Positions 49,908-62,810 of a stretch of 64,000 bases of DNA are shown here, piece after piece. How positions within the stretch are numbered: the stretch's first letter is position 1; each line of letters starts with the position of its first letter. The notes under the pieces were generated by a model. It was not told the origin of the DNA. It made no database searches and saw only the letters and a list, made by a program, of their open reading frames with translations. Source of the DNA: Octopus sinensis (taxonomy: Eukaryota); the NCBI RefSeq assembly GCF_006345805.1, contig NC_043014.1:24676001-24740000 (forward strand), read 5' to 3'. A program made the translations under genes and the position numbers.

Positions 49908-50307
49908 ATATACTCTTTTACTGTTTTACTTGTTTCAGTCCTTTGACTGCGGCCATGCTGGAGCACCACCTTTAGTCGAGCAAATCGACCCCGGGACTTA
50001 TTCTTTGTAAGCCCAGTACTTATTCTATCGGTCTCTTTTGCCGAACCACTAAGTGACGGGGACGTAAACACACCAGCATCGGTTGTCAAGCAATGCTAGG
50101 GGGACAAACACAGACACACACATATATATATATACATATATACGACGGGCTTCTTTCAGTTTCTGTCTACCAAATCCACTCACAAGGCTTTGGTCGGCCC
50201 GAGGCTATAGTAGTAGACACTTGCCCAAGATGCCACGCAGTAGGACTGAACCCGGAACAATGTGGTTGGTAAGCAAGCTACTTACCACACAGCCACTCCT
50301 GCGCCTA
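49908..50307 (-). mobile_element. Full-length tRNA-derived SINE
   Basis: Complete head, CORE-like segment, microsatellite and tail of the 10895 family. Confidence 0.88.
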
Positions 50308-50340
50308 TATATTTATATATATACATATAGAGATATATAC

Positions 50341-50377
<37 letters not shown>

Positions 50378-51481
50378 GTAATGCAATACGAGAGTATTGC
50401 TTTCCAGTAAAGAATAGCCCTTGAGGGAAAATTATACATAGAAGTAAATATATGGCACAACGAAGTACCGATATTTACTGGAAATAGCGAACGTAATAAT
50501 ACGACGCTAATATGTTTTTGTACATATAGGTATGATCGTGGGTGGATGTACGGATGTATGTTTTTATTACACATATAAGCACGCAGGTGCGTGCTTGGAT
50601 GTGTATATATGTATATGCGAATATTCATTCATGGGTAGATATAAATATGGGTTTTATTTGTACGTATGAGTGCGCAGATATATATTTAAAAATATATATA
50701 TATATGTGTGTGCGAAAGTTCCCTGACACAGTATAGGAAAGTGTATTAATATTTATGCGTATATGCGGATGTGCGTGTGAGTGTGTGTTAGACACTGCTG
50801 CCTGTACTGATATGTCTATAAGCCATACGATGACAGACATGCACTCTCCAATTTATTATAGAGATGTGTCGGGGTGTATTCATGTGTGTGTGAGTTTCTG
50901 TGTGGATGTATGGGTTTAGGGTTAGATGTGGATGTGTATGTTTTGCTTGTACAGTGTGGCGGAGGTCGGGCGGTTCTCAATTGACCAACCGTGAGGAAGA
51001 TAATGATAATTTTAAATTCAAATCCAATAGCGTATTTACGTCATAAGGAAAATTATTAACTGGAACACGGACATACATATATTCCGCTCTGGATCATAAT
51101 GTAAGAGTTATTAATAATATTATGAATGATAATAATGATAACATTAATGGTATTGACAACGATAATGATGCTAACTTTAATGACACTTTAGAAACTATTA
51201 TGAAGTAATATAATGTACTATTGACTATGTATATTTGCATCTAGGTATTAATTTGTGTATGTTTATTATCACAATATTAAGTCGAAAAACTGAGACATTG
51301 GGTGTGGAACACATATATATGTTTACTAATTTATATTATTTATTTATATCATTATGTAAATGCATATTTTTATATGTATAGGAGTGTGAGTATATGCACT
51401 CATATGTATATATATATGTTGTATTGTGGGTACGCACCCACACCAATGTGGGTATATATGTAGACTGAGTTATATTACATA

Positions 51482-51608
51482 ATCTCCGAAGAGGCCTTGT
51501 GATATTTTTGTTAATGTCTCATTTATATCTATATATTGACCAACCATAAAGGGCTAATATTGGTAAAATGAGACATACTTATCGACATGGCCGAAACAGC
51601 TGTAAGAT
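51482..51608 (+). ncRNA. Type I hammerhead ribozyme with ~90 nt stem II extension (copy 2)
   Basis: ATCT-CCGAAGA-GGCC...GGCC-GAAA-C-AGCT-GTA-AGAT, with inner helices atgtctcattt/aaatgagacat and tgtgata/tatcgaca. Confidence 0.75.
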
Positions 51609-52339
51609 CTAATTTATACTTATATTTATATTTACTTGTATTTATATTCTCTTTTATATATATTCTACTTATTATACAACATTACTCTTTTATGTACACT
51701 TTTTTATGTACATTCCTTTATGTACACTGATTTGTTCTGCTTTTTATATTTAACCCTACAGTCTCTTATGTGGTGGTTTAATAAAGTATGTGATTGAGTA
51801 TTATCTGGTAATTGATATTTGATTTAGATGTATTTCTCTATTTTCTTATCTTGTATTAGTAAGTTGTGGTAAATCATTTTACCTTTGCCCATATAATACA
51901 GTAAATGAACATTTACATTTATCTATTAACTTTGTTGGGTACTTCACTAGCAGTATATTGGATATATATTATCCCATAGAGGGTTGCATTTACAACCCCT
52001 ATCTCAATTTGTATATATATATATATATATACATATATATATAACACCAAGTAAGTTAGGGGTTGTGGATCCAACTTCTCCAATATACTGTTGGTATAAT
52101 ACCCAAATTATTAATACAAAAGTGTTTTTAATTGTAATGCAATAAACTTACTTATTGTATTAAATGGGTGAAGGTAAAGAAATATTTTACCATTAATTTA
52201 TATTATAAATAAGAAAATGGAGAAACACTTTAGTTGGTTTATCAGCTTTAGGATATTAGAATGTTAACTTATCTATTTATCAAAACGACAACCATAATAA
52301 CATACATGTATACAGTATAAAATTCAATGCATATAAGAT

Positions 52340-52830
52340 AAGAGTACAAGTAATTATTGAATAGGGCATTGGTGAGGTTGAGCAGGGACTCCACCTGTGC
52401 TTGCTTGCAATGAGTCATTCCTGAGAGTATGAGACCTTTGGGCCATTTGACGTTGGGGAAGTTGAAATCACCCATAAGAAATATGGTCACGTGGTGTTCC
52501 AGTTTCATGAGGATTTCTTTCATTCTTGTGAGGCAATCTTCAAACTTGCCTATGTGGTTTGGGGCATCCGGTGGGCAATATGTATTGCATATGACTATAT
52601 TATGTTGTCTTATGTATACAATTAGAGTGTCACATACCGAATTTGAGTATGACAGTAAGAGGTCATCCCGGATGTATACAGCAACTCCACCATGGCTCTT
52701 TTCCCTTCTGTCTGTTTGCAGTATGGCATAGTTTGGTATGTGTACTTCTGCGTCCTCTATATCAGGGCTGAGGTGAGTTTCCACGAGTGCTATGCACAGG
52801 GCTTGATTGCATGCAGTAAGATCTCTCAGG
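52340..52830 (-). pseudogene. CR1-like LINE APE endonuclease fragment
   Basis: ETHL...HGGVAVYIR...YCPPD...LMGDFNFPNVKW motifs. Confidence 0.85.
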
Positions 52831-53089
52831 AAAGAAATTTTGTTTTTATTATTATTAATAATAACAATATTAGATTCTGTGTATTCTTCACTTCACAATA
52901 CATAGTATAGGAAATTCAAATATATAGTATACTATAATATAATATAAACAGATATTTATGAAAGATGTAATCTTATTAATTCTAAAATCACAATCAATAT
53001 ATTCATATATCATACAATTAAAATATTATTATTCTGCATACACATAAGTACATGTGTGTGGGCAACAAATACATGCACATGCATAATGT

Positions 53090-53620
53090 ATATATACTTC
53101 CCTCTCCCTCCTCCCCTCCCCTCTCACCCCATCCCCCTCTCTTCTCTCCTCTCCTCATATACCCACCTTCTTCTCCCCCACAAACCCACCCACCCCTACT
53201 CCACCTTCCCTATCCTTCCCATCCCCTTCCCCCACCTTCCCAGACACCTCACCTCAATCCCACACCTCTCCCATACCCCTCCCCACATACCTCACCTCTA
53301 ACCCCACCCTCTACCTACCCACAACCCCCAGCCGAATCCACACCCCACCTGTGCTTTCCCCACTCTCGCCTCCCCCACCGCCCCACAACATCCCACCACA
53401 CTACACTACACCATACAGCATTACACATCACATCACAACACACCACCCACAGCACACCACCCACGTACCCATCCCCACATCTTTATACCTACACATACAC
53501 ATATCACATCACAATACAACACCCACTCACCCATCCCCACATCTCCACACCCACACATACATACACACACGTCCAGACCACCAGCCCTCTTTCACACGCA
53601 CATACATACTCTCTTATACA
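53090..53620 (+). repeat. C-rich/CA-rich low-complexity tract
   Basis: Runs of ccc/cac with almost no G on the plus strand. Confidence 0.85.
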
Positions 53621-53780
53621 CACACGCACCTTTGTGTTGGGGGCACCTTCTTATTGGAAGTCACCTGTTATTTCCCCTACTGTCCCTCTCGTGTCTGACC
53701 ACTGTCCGAAGTCAGGACGCTATGATAGATCGTTAGTTCCTACACGCATTTTTTTTCTCTCCTTGTTTTTTTCTGTGTAT

Positions 53781-53816
53781 CTTTCTGTCGAAGAGCGTAG
53801 GCTCGAAACATAAAAG
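53781..53816 (+). ncRNA. Minimal hammerhead motif, mutated
   Basis: CTTT-CTGTCGA-A-GAGC-gtag-GCTC-GAAA-CATA-AAAG; the A6 position is U and stem III appears CpG-decayed. Confidence 0.5.
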
Positions 53817-54227
53817 ACTTTTTCTATTCCTGAGCGCTTATACTAATACATTTGTTTGTTTGTACTCCACCTGCCTTTGTCTTTTGTTTATTTTCGTAAA
53901 CTTTCCCTTTATATATATATTCATAGGTTTTTTGGTATGTGTATGTATTACTCAATGTATATGTATTTTCATGATGTTAGTTCTTTGGAAATGTTTTTAT
54001 TTTAAACAGACATATCTTTTTAATTTAAATTTATTTTACCATTAATTAATTTACCATGGGTATGCAGGATTTTTTCCTCCTACTAAAGCTAATTTTTGAT
54101 CTAAGGTTTTCTTTTATTTGAAATAATATTTTTAATTTCATATAACCGGTTATTGAAAATACCATTAGTTGAAAAGTACCAATGAAACAAAACCAATTTC
54201 AAATGTGTATCTATCAAAGTAATTGTA

Positions 54228-55090
54228 TAGGGTGTTCCATAAAGAGTGCCTAATTTGAACTGAGCAGCACTTTTGCGTTTTGAAGTTTAAGGCATGCTTT
54301 TATCATGTTTGCTATCCCTCTTCACTCTGATTAATATTTTTTTTTTGTTTTTCAGAATTGTGTGCAGTGTGTTTACAATTGAGCAATGCATTCTCATCAT
54401 GAAGACATTTTACCAAAACAGAGAAAGTGCGGCACAAACAGCTTGAACTCTTCATACCATTTTGGGGAGAAATGGAGCACCCAAGTCGAGAGTTCACAGA
54501 CTAATAACAATGTTTAAAATAACTGGTTCAGTTGTAACAACCAAATCACCTGGGGGGAGTCGTTCTCGTCAGACAGAGCATCAAAACAGACTCACTCTGA
54601 GTCCAAGAAAATTGATTCGTTGACATTCGCAGCAGTTGGGAAGCCCACCGACAACTTGAATTTTGCATAAAAATCTCCATATGCATACATACAAAATTCA
54701 ATTTCTGCAGCATCTTCAGCCATCTGACCACAGGAGGTGAAGGAAATTTGCTGACTGGGTTGTGGGGAGACTTGCAGCTGATGAAAATTTTGCAAAGAAA
54801 ATTATCTTCAGTGACAAGGCTCACTTCCACTTGAGTGGATTTGTCAATAAACAGAACTGCCAGATTTGGGTGGGTGGAGTGCTTGGACTGTTCTTTGAAA
54901 ATGATGAGGGGAATGCAGTTACCAATAATGGAGAATGTTACCAAGACATGATATCCATTCAGTTATGGCCGAACTTGGAAGATAGAGCATCCATGAGTAA
55001 TATCCTAGCATGGTGACCAGCAATGGCCACCAAGGCCCTGTAATCTTACCCCTTGTGATTTCTTCTTATGGGGGTATATACACAGGTGTG

Positions 55091-55147
<57 letters not shown>

Positions 55148-55422
55148 CTCAAGAAACCACGCACAATTCTTGAACTCAAGGCTGAAATAAGGCGTGTGAT
55201 TGGAGGCATCAGGCCACACATCTGTGTGAGAGTTATTGTAAATTTCAAGGAGCACCTGAATGTATGCAGACTCAGTGCAGGTGGACATATGACTAACATT
55301 GTGTTCCTACCTAAATAGGAGACATAACTCATTAGAAATATGCAGAATATAATCACGTGTTTATAAGAATTTCGTTTTAATTATTCACCTTTTGAATTCA
55401 TTGGCCTTTTTGGAACACCCTG
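54228..55422 (+). mobile_element. Tc1/mariner DNA transposon, internally deleted
   Basis: TIRs (t)agggtgttcca.aa / ttttggaacaccctg flanked by TA; IIFSDKAHFHLSGFVNKQNC and DLTPCDFFLWG-like motifs; a (TA)n expansion lies within the coding region. Confidence 0.9.
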
Positions 55423-55630
55423 TATATTTATAAATATAAGTATAACCTTATTTTTGTTCCATTCTCAACCAAAGCTGTTCGGCAAATGGGAACATGAAAC
55501 TCTGAGTAACAGTTTTTGTGATGTCTTTGCAGCTTTATTAATAAAGTGTGTATATAAATGTGACCATGTGTGTACCGTTGGCGATTTTTTTACCTCCATC
55601 TTCCCTTCTTTGGATCTTTCCTTTTCCTAT

Positions 55631-55665
55631 GTTTCTGACGAAGAGCTCCGCTCGAAATGTTAAAC
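55631..55665 (+). ncRNA. Minimal type I hammerhead motif
   Basis: GTTT-CTGACGA-A-GAGC-tcc-GCTC-GAAA-TGTT-AAAC; intact core with an extra A, stem III ACGT apparently decayed to ATGT. Confidence 0.6.
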
Positions 55666-55749
55666 CCTCTTTCTTTCCTTCTTTCCTGAGCGTCCAATAA
55701 TACTATACTTGTTCCACGTCCTCATGTTTTTGTGTTTTCATGTTTGGAT

Positions 55750-55787
<38 letters not shown>

Positions 55788-55960
55788 CAAATGTTCACAG
55801 GATGACCCGCAATACCAAAAAGCAATGGAGCTACGCTTCATCAAAAAATTCTCCCCAAAATTAAATATTTGAAAGAAAAGTGGAGAATTTGCATTTTTGA
55901 TTCTAAATGTAGCTCAGATATTGGAAATATGTTACCCATCTCTATAAATATTCAGGTATA

Positions 55961-56009
<49 letters not shown>

Positions 56010-56798
56010 AAGATATTCTAACTTTACGTATTTTTCTAATTTGTAAATATTGTTTGTTCATGCAAAACATGAAACTGAAAGAAACCTGGCTTTATTATTC
56101 AATACAAAACACTGAAGTTACACAAAGTGCAAACGTTTGGGAAAACTCTTGTAGAGTTTCTTATCTTTTTTCTGACACCTTAAGAAAAAATTAAAAAATA
56201 CACTATTACTGTTGTTTCTGCTCTAATATTTATAACATGATACTTATCTCTATAACATTGGGTTTTATTTTTCTCATTTGTAAATAAGAACTAATATTTG
56301 TTGAAATGAAAAGAAACCTGACTATATTTTTCAATGCAAAACATCAAAGTTATATATTTCCAAACACATTAACTCACAGGTACCCATATGCACACATACT
56401 AACACATACACACAGATATATTTAATTTTTCATAGAACCTCTTCTCTCCCTTCTGGCACTGTAAGAAAAAGAAAAAAAGAAAAATGCTTTCAGTGATGAC
56501 CATACCCCATCCTTTTTTTATTATTTTCCCGATCCTAAAATTGATATCTTGGAGTGATCACCATCCTTGAACTCATACCAATAACTATACAATGGTAAAT
56601 AACTAAGTAAATAAATATTAAATTAATAATTATATATGTATGGGCAAGTGAGTGAAAAAACATCAAAAAGACTTCACGTTAATTGTGAATTGGGTCCCGT
56701 TTGTAGATTAAAGCCATAAAAAACGTTTTTTACCTTTGGTGTATGAGGATGTCTTCAGAGATTCTAAGGTCGCCTCTGTTCCACTGTGTTGTGCACTG

Positions 56799-56849
<51 letters not shown>

Positions 56850-57015
56850 ATTTATCAAAAGAAAAACAGGATGCAAAGATTTAGCGGTACATATGTTTCT
56901 GGCTTTATTGGACAATTTATATCAATGCATAATTGATGTAATATGTATGTCAATAGCCTTCTTCAGCCGCATACAATTACCACACCTAAGACATGTATTA
57001 TTGTTTTATTAACCT

Positions 57016-57245
57016 ATTTCTTTATTACCCACAAGGGGCTGAACATAGAGGGGACAAACATGGACAGACATAGGTATTAAGTCGATTATATCGACCCCAG
57101 TGCTTAACTGGTACTTAATTTATCGACCCCGAAAGGATGAAAGGTAAAGTCGACCTCGGCGGAATTTGAACTCACAACGTAACGGCAGACGAAATACCGC
57201 TAAGCATTTCGCCCGACGTGCTAACGATTCTGCTAGCTCGCCGCC
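57016..57245 (-). mobile_element. tRNA-derived SINE (third family)
   Basis: Minus strand ggcggcgagctagcagaatcgttagc...gagttcaaattccgccgaggtcgac head; 3' tail ...gtcccctctatgttcagccccttgtgggtaataaagaaat. Confidence 0.85.
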
Positions 57246-57707
57246 TTTGTTTTATTAACCTAAGAGCGTGGTGGTACGTAAATAAACGGCGTAAATTAAC
57301 GAAGGTATAAACCTGACGTAAATACACGAAGTTGACGTACTTTCACTTCTGACAGCTAATAGCATGACAGTGCCTTAATTTTAATAAAAGCATCAATTTA
57401 AGAAAAAATAATAAAGTAGTAAAAAATGAAAATTTAGCACGAAAAATTTGCAGGGTTCTAAATAAATGTTAAAATGTAATAGATACGAAAAACCTACGTT
57501 ATCACCAGAACACGAACGCACGTTGGTGTGTTCTGTTTGTATTTGCTCGATCGGCGCGTAGAGAGAGAGAGAGAGAGAGTGTGTGTGTGTGTGTGAAAGC
57601 GCTGTGAGGAAATAGAGTGAGTGAAAATGTGATGGGAAGAGTGGAAAGAAGGCCGTTTCACGAAGTTATAAATAGAAGTGTGCACGCATTATATATACAA
57701 ATTATAT

Positions 57708-58121
57708 ATATTTTTAGATATAAAAGTCAAGTTGTGTGTCTGTCTCCTACGATTTAGATTCCTAACTACTCCCACATTTTGCGGGGCAGTGTAACCAAAA
57801 GCGGATATCTTATAGTCGTGATTCATATCGAGCCCTTCTGTGTATTAGCGCGCATCTACGACGGGTCTACGACGAGTCTCCGATTTTTAAAATAATTTAC
57901 CATCATTTTTTTCCATTTTAATGCATTTTTTCACTATTATATAAGGGAAGTAACTCTCTAAAAATGTCTACGATGAGTCAACGATTTAAAAAAAAAATTT
58001 ACCATAATTTATTTTCCATTTTTAAAGCATTTTTTTGCTATCTTTTGGCTATAACTCTCTAAAAAATGCTTATATAGTTATTTCCCTTACAAACCCGAGC
58101 AACGCCGGGCGATACTGCTAG
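57708..58121 (+). mobile_element. Non-autonomous Helitron-like element (family A)
   Basis: Homologous to 28109-28483; ends cccgagcaacgccgggcgatactg-CTAG|T. Confidence 0.75.
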
Positions 58122-58395
58122 TATATGTATAAATTAAATTAGAGATAAAACCACTAATAAGCAAATGAAACAGTAAAAAACCAAAAACAAAAACATAAAA
58201 ATAAAAATATAATATAGAAAATATATAAAATTGAAAAATTTAAATTATTTAAATTTAAAATGAAAATTATTAAATTATATTTATAATTTGTTTAAAAATA
58301 TATATAACTATAAAAAGTATTAAAAAATTTAATATACATAAATACAGATATATACACTTTGTATATATACTTATATATACATATTTATATATCGA

Positions 58396-58428
<33 letters not shown>

Positions 58429-58809
58429 AATGAACGCAATGAATATCTGATTCATAATATTTGTTCTCATGATTGTGTGTTGGTGGTGGCGTGTGGCGAT
58501 GATAATTCTCCCTATGAATGCAGACAGATACATCAAAAAACGCCGTCTGACGAACTTTACATTAAATAACGGGAGTGGAATTGTCAAAGTTATAAATAAA
58601 GGGGAGTGAGGGGGAATGGAGGAAATAGCGTGAGTGAGGAAGATGGCCCCTAGCAACCACACCTTTTAAAATAGGGATTTCTAAGGTAGCCCACGGACAT
58701 CGTCACCTCATTCTACATGTCCCTGTAAATTTGGGAGCGAATCGGACGGGATGTAGTGGCATTGAAAGCGATCCAAGCGGTAAAAACGCATTTCAGTTTT
58801 ATATATAGA
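58122..58809 (-). mobile_element. Repeat family B, possibly Helitron-like (other copies 61350-61859 minus, 62811-63500 plus)
   Basis: Three high-identity copies, each starting TCTAT(A/G)TATAAAACTGAAATG, similar in style to the family A 5' end. No clear 3' end. Confidence 0.5.
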
Positions 58810-58859
58810 ACTAGCTGAAAGTGACCCTCTCTACGCGCAGGTAAGAGTGTGTTTGTTAC

Positions 58860-59190
58860 TTTCTGTTGCTTCCTTTCAGCACGTAAAAAGCACCATCCGA
58901 ATGTGGCCGATTGCAGCGCCGCCTTGACTGGCTTCTGTGCTGGTGGCACGTAAAAAGCACCAACCGATCGTGGCCGCTGACAGCCCCCCTGGCACCTGTG
59001 CCGGCGGCACAAAAAAGCACCCACTACGCTCACAGAGTGGTTGGCGTTAGGAAGGGCATCCACCAGTAGAATCACTGCCAGATCAGACTGGAGCCGGGTG
59101 CAGCCTCCTGGCTTCCCAGACCCCAGATAAACTGTCCAACCCGTGCTAGCACAGAAAACGGACGTTAAAGGATGATGATGATGATGATGA
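58860..59190 (+). mobile_element. RTE 3'-UTR copy with (GAT)n tail
   Basis: Same motifs as 22480-22725. Confidence 0.8.
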
Positions 59191-59842
59191 TTCTCCCTCT
59201 TTGTTTCTCTCTCACTTTCCCACTCTCTTACTCTTCCTTTCTCTCGGACTCTCCCTCGCTTTCTCTTACTCTCTATCTTTATCTATCTCTCTCCCATTTA
59301 TAAACAGCAAAAGATCTCGAGTAAGTTGAGAAATAAAATATTTAGAAAGATCAATCATGAATATCAGGCAGTAACAACGGAAAGGTCTGTTTCAGGGCAG
59401 ACAGCAAAACACTAACATTTAAAAGGGACAGACGAACTTGCGAGCTGAATAAAAATAATGAAATATTGGAAAGCAAAGTTTGAAGGGATAGAATTTGAGG
59501 ATAGTAGAGTCACCATGGCTGGCATTTCTTAACGACGGCTGGCGTAAAATTATGAACTTGATGTAAAAGAAAATCCCTAAAAACCAAGTTTTGAATTGAT
59601 TCTTTCTCACGACAGTAGACTCACGATGGCAAGCATTCAAAACTTCTTCATCATGGACGGCAACACATTGACAATTAAAAGGCTGGCGCAAATTTTTTAG
59701 CTTGATGTGACAGAGAATTCCTAAACACTCGCTCCTTTAAATTTTAATCCCCTTCCAGCCCCATTTAGACCCCTTTTCACATTTTGGTTAATATAACCCG
59801 ATTTCATTTGGGTCTACAGGGGCCGCATTTTATAAGATGAGG

Positions 59843-60222
59843 ACTCAACCAAGTTTCCCGAGTTCTGGTCATAGACCATAGAACACTCAACCAAGTTTCC
59901 CGAGCTCTGGTCATAGACCATAGAACACTCAAGCAAGTTTCCCGAGTTCTGGTCATAGATCATAGAACACTCAAGCAAGTTTCCCGAGTTCTGGTCATAG
60001 ACCATAGAACACTCAAGCAAGTTTCCCGAGTTCTGGTCATAGACCATAGAACACTCAACCAAGTTTCCCGAGCTCTGGTCATAGACCATAGAACACTCAA
60101 GCAAGTTTCCCGAGTTCTGGTCATAGATCATAGAACACTCAAGCAAGTTTCCCGAGTTCTGGTCACAGACCATAGAACACTCAAGCAAGTTTTCCGAGTT
60201 CTGGTCATAGACCATAGAACAC
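59843..60222. repeat. 42 bp minisatellite, 9 copies
   Basis: Tandem tcaa(c/g)caagtttcccgag(t/c)tctggtcataga(c/t)catagaacac. Confidence 0.95.
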
Positions 60223-60358
60223 TTAGCTAAAATCTAGTTTCTACCTAGTCTGAACCAATCAATCCGCCGCAGTCTTCATCCACACAGAGCTTACTCAACC
60301 ATGTTCCAGTTCCAGTGACAGACGACCAGACCATCCAGTCATGTTCCTGCTCCAGCCA

Positions 60359-61250
60359 ATGACGACGCTAACATACACCAGCAACGCCACCGACGCCTTC
60401 ATCTCAACGTCGCCATCACCATCGTCGTCCTTCACCTTCACGTCGTCTCCATCTCCGTCGCCTTCATCTCCAGCAACACTAATATGTACATAGCACTCAT
60501 TCAGGTGTAGCTTTCACGCTGTTATGACTTTCACCGAGGTTAACAGCACAGCACTACCTGCGAGATCTTCTGTACCAATGTAACCTGGCACAGCATTGAA
60601 GCCACAACCACTACACGACATGTGTTCAACCGGCATCTGCACTTGTGATCCAAACATCCTGTTACAGAACGAACTGCTATTATGTACTTTACTACGAACT
60701 GGTAAATTAACTCCATCTTGTCTGAAATACCCTGAGAGACTTTTCCTATGCGCTGTATTTTGTTTTGCCCGCATACACCTTGTTTGTACTTCTGTCGCAC
60801 ACACGAACACACATAGTTAATACACACACAAATGCTATCTCTGTCACATTCATACGCTACACATGCCTTTCTCGCTTGTTTTCCATGCTCAATGTGCCCT
60901 TGTTAACACAACTCATCTCTGTAAGACCCTAGGTCGGTCACGCATACATAGAGAAAGTTGTTTGTCCCTTACAACGCGCCAGCATGCCACACTTTTGTTC
61001 CTGCACGACCGAGGCATATAATAGCTCAAGCACTGGCTGGCAACCTCAGCCTTACCGCATTAATCACTGGGATATTCAATACTGTACACTGTATTTCAGC
61101 CTAGCAAGCCCTATTGCACTCATGCACCTCTGTTCTGCACGTGTACTCCCTTGTTTTGCAACACGTCTGCGTCAGCTCAATTCTTCTCCCGACTCAAAGC
61201 ACTTCGGATGATCACATGCGCTGCGCTCATGTTTAGGCATAATTTCCCCC
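60359..61250 (+). pseudogene. Possible decayed env-like (class I fusion) glycoprotein ORF
   Basis: About 200 codons in one frame with 3 stops, Ser/Thr/Pro-rich start, NAT/NST/NTT sequons and many Cys; then RPR(H)-IIAQALAGNLSLTALITGIFNTV in the adjacent frame. Confidence 0.4.
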
Positions 61251-61861
61251 GTTAGACCCTTGTTGGTCATGTAATTAACAGAGAAAATTATCTGTCTCGC
61301 ACCCAAGTTGCACCCCAAAAGTGTAAAGAAGCAACCAGTTCCCTTTACGTAACTATCAAAAAGTATTAAAAAGTTTAATATACATAAATACAGATATATA
61401 CACTTTGTATATATACATTATATATACATATTTATATATAGAACACACACACATGTATATAAACGCTCGTTGGTGTATTCTGTTTATATTTGGTCGATGG
61501 GCGCGTTGACAGGTAGACAATAGAATGCGGTGGCGATGACGATGGAATATTTGTTTCTCTGTATAGAGATACATGAGTAAAAATTATGGGAAGCTAAGAG
61601 ATAGAGTGAGGGAAAATGTTCTTACATTAAATAACGGGAGTGGAATGAAGGGAAGTGAGAGGGTAATATAGGAAATAGCGTGAGTGAGGAAGATGGCCCC
61701 TAGCAACCACACCTTTTGAGATAGGGATTTCTAAGGTAGCCCACTGGCATCGTCACCTCATTCTACATGTCCCTGTAAATTTTGGAGCGAATCGGACGGG
61801 TCGTAGTGGTATTGAAAGCGATCCAAGCGGTAAAAACGCATTTCAGTTTTATACATAGAGA

Positions 61862-62810
<949 letters not shown>

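Noticed and set aside
53052-53813. 253-aa Pro/His/Thr-rich ORF
   Set aside because: The C-rich low-complexity tract lacks stops for compositional reasons; no domain motifs.
56715-56765. Minus-strand CTGAAGA...AAACGTTT hammerhead-like spacing
   Set aside because: Stem II and stem I pairing are not convincing.
59626-59700. Short ORF MASIQNFFIMDGNTLTIKRLAQ resembling an ammonia-lyase N-terminus
   Set aside because: Too short, no continuation or splice support; probably chance.
59814-60215. 133-aa ORF of 14-aa repeats
   Set aside because: By-product of a 42-bp (multiple of 3) minisatellite; no independent coding evidence.
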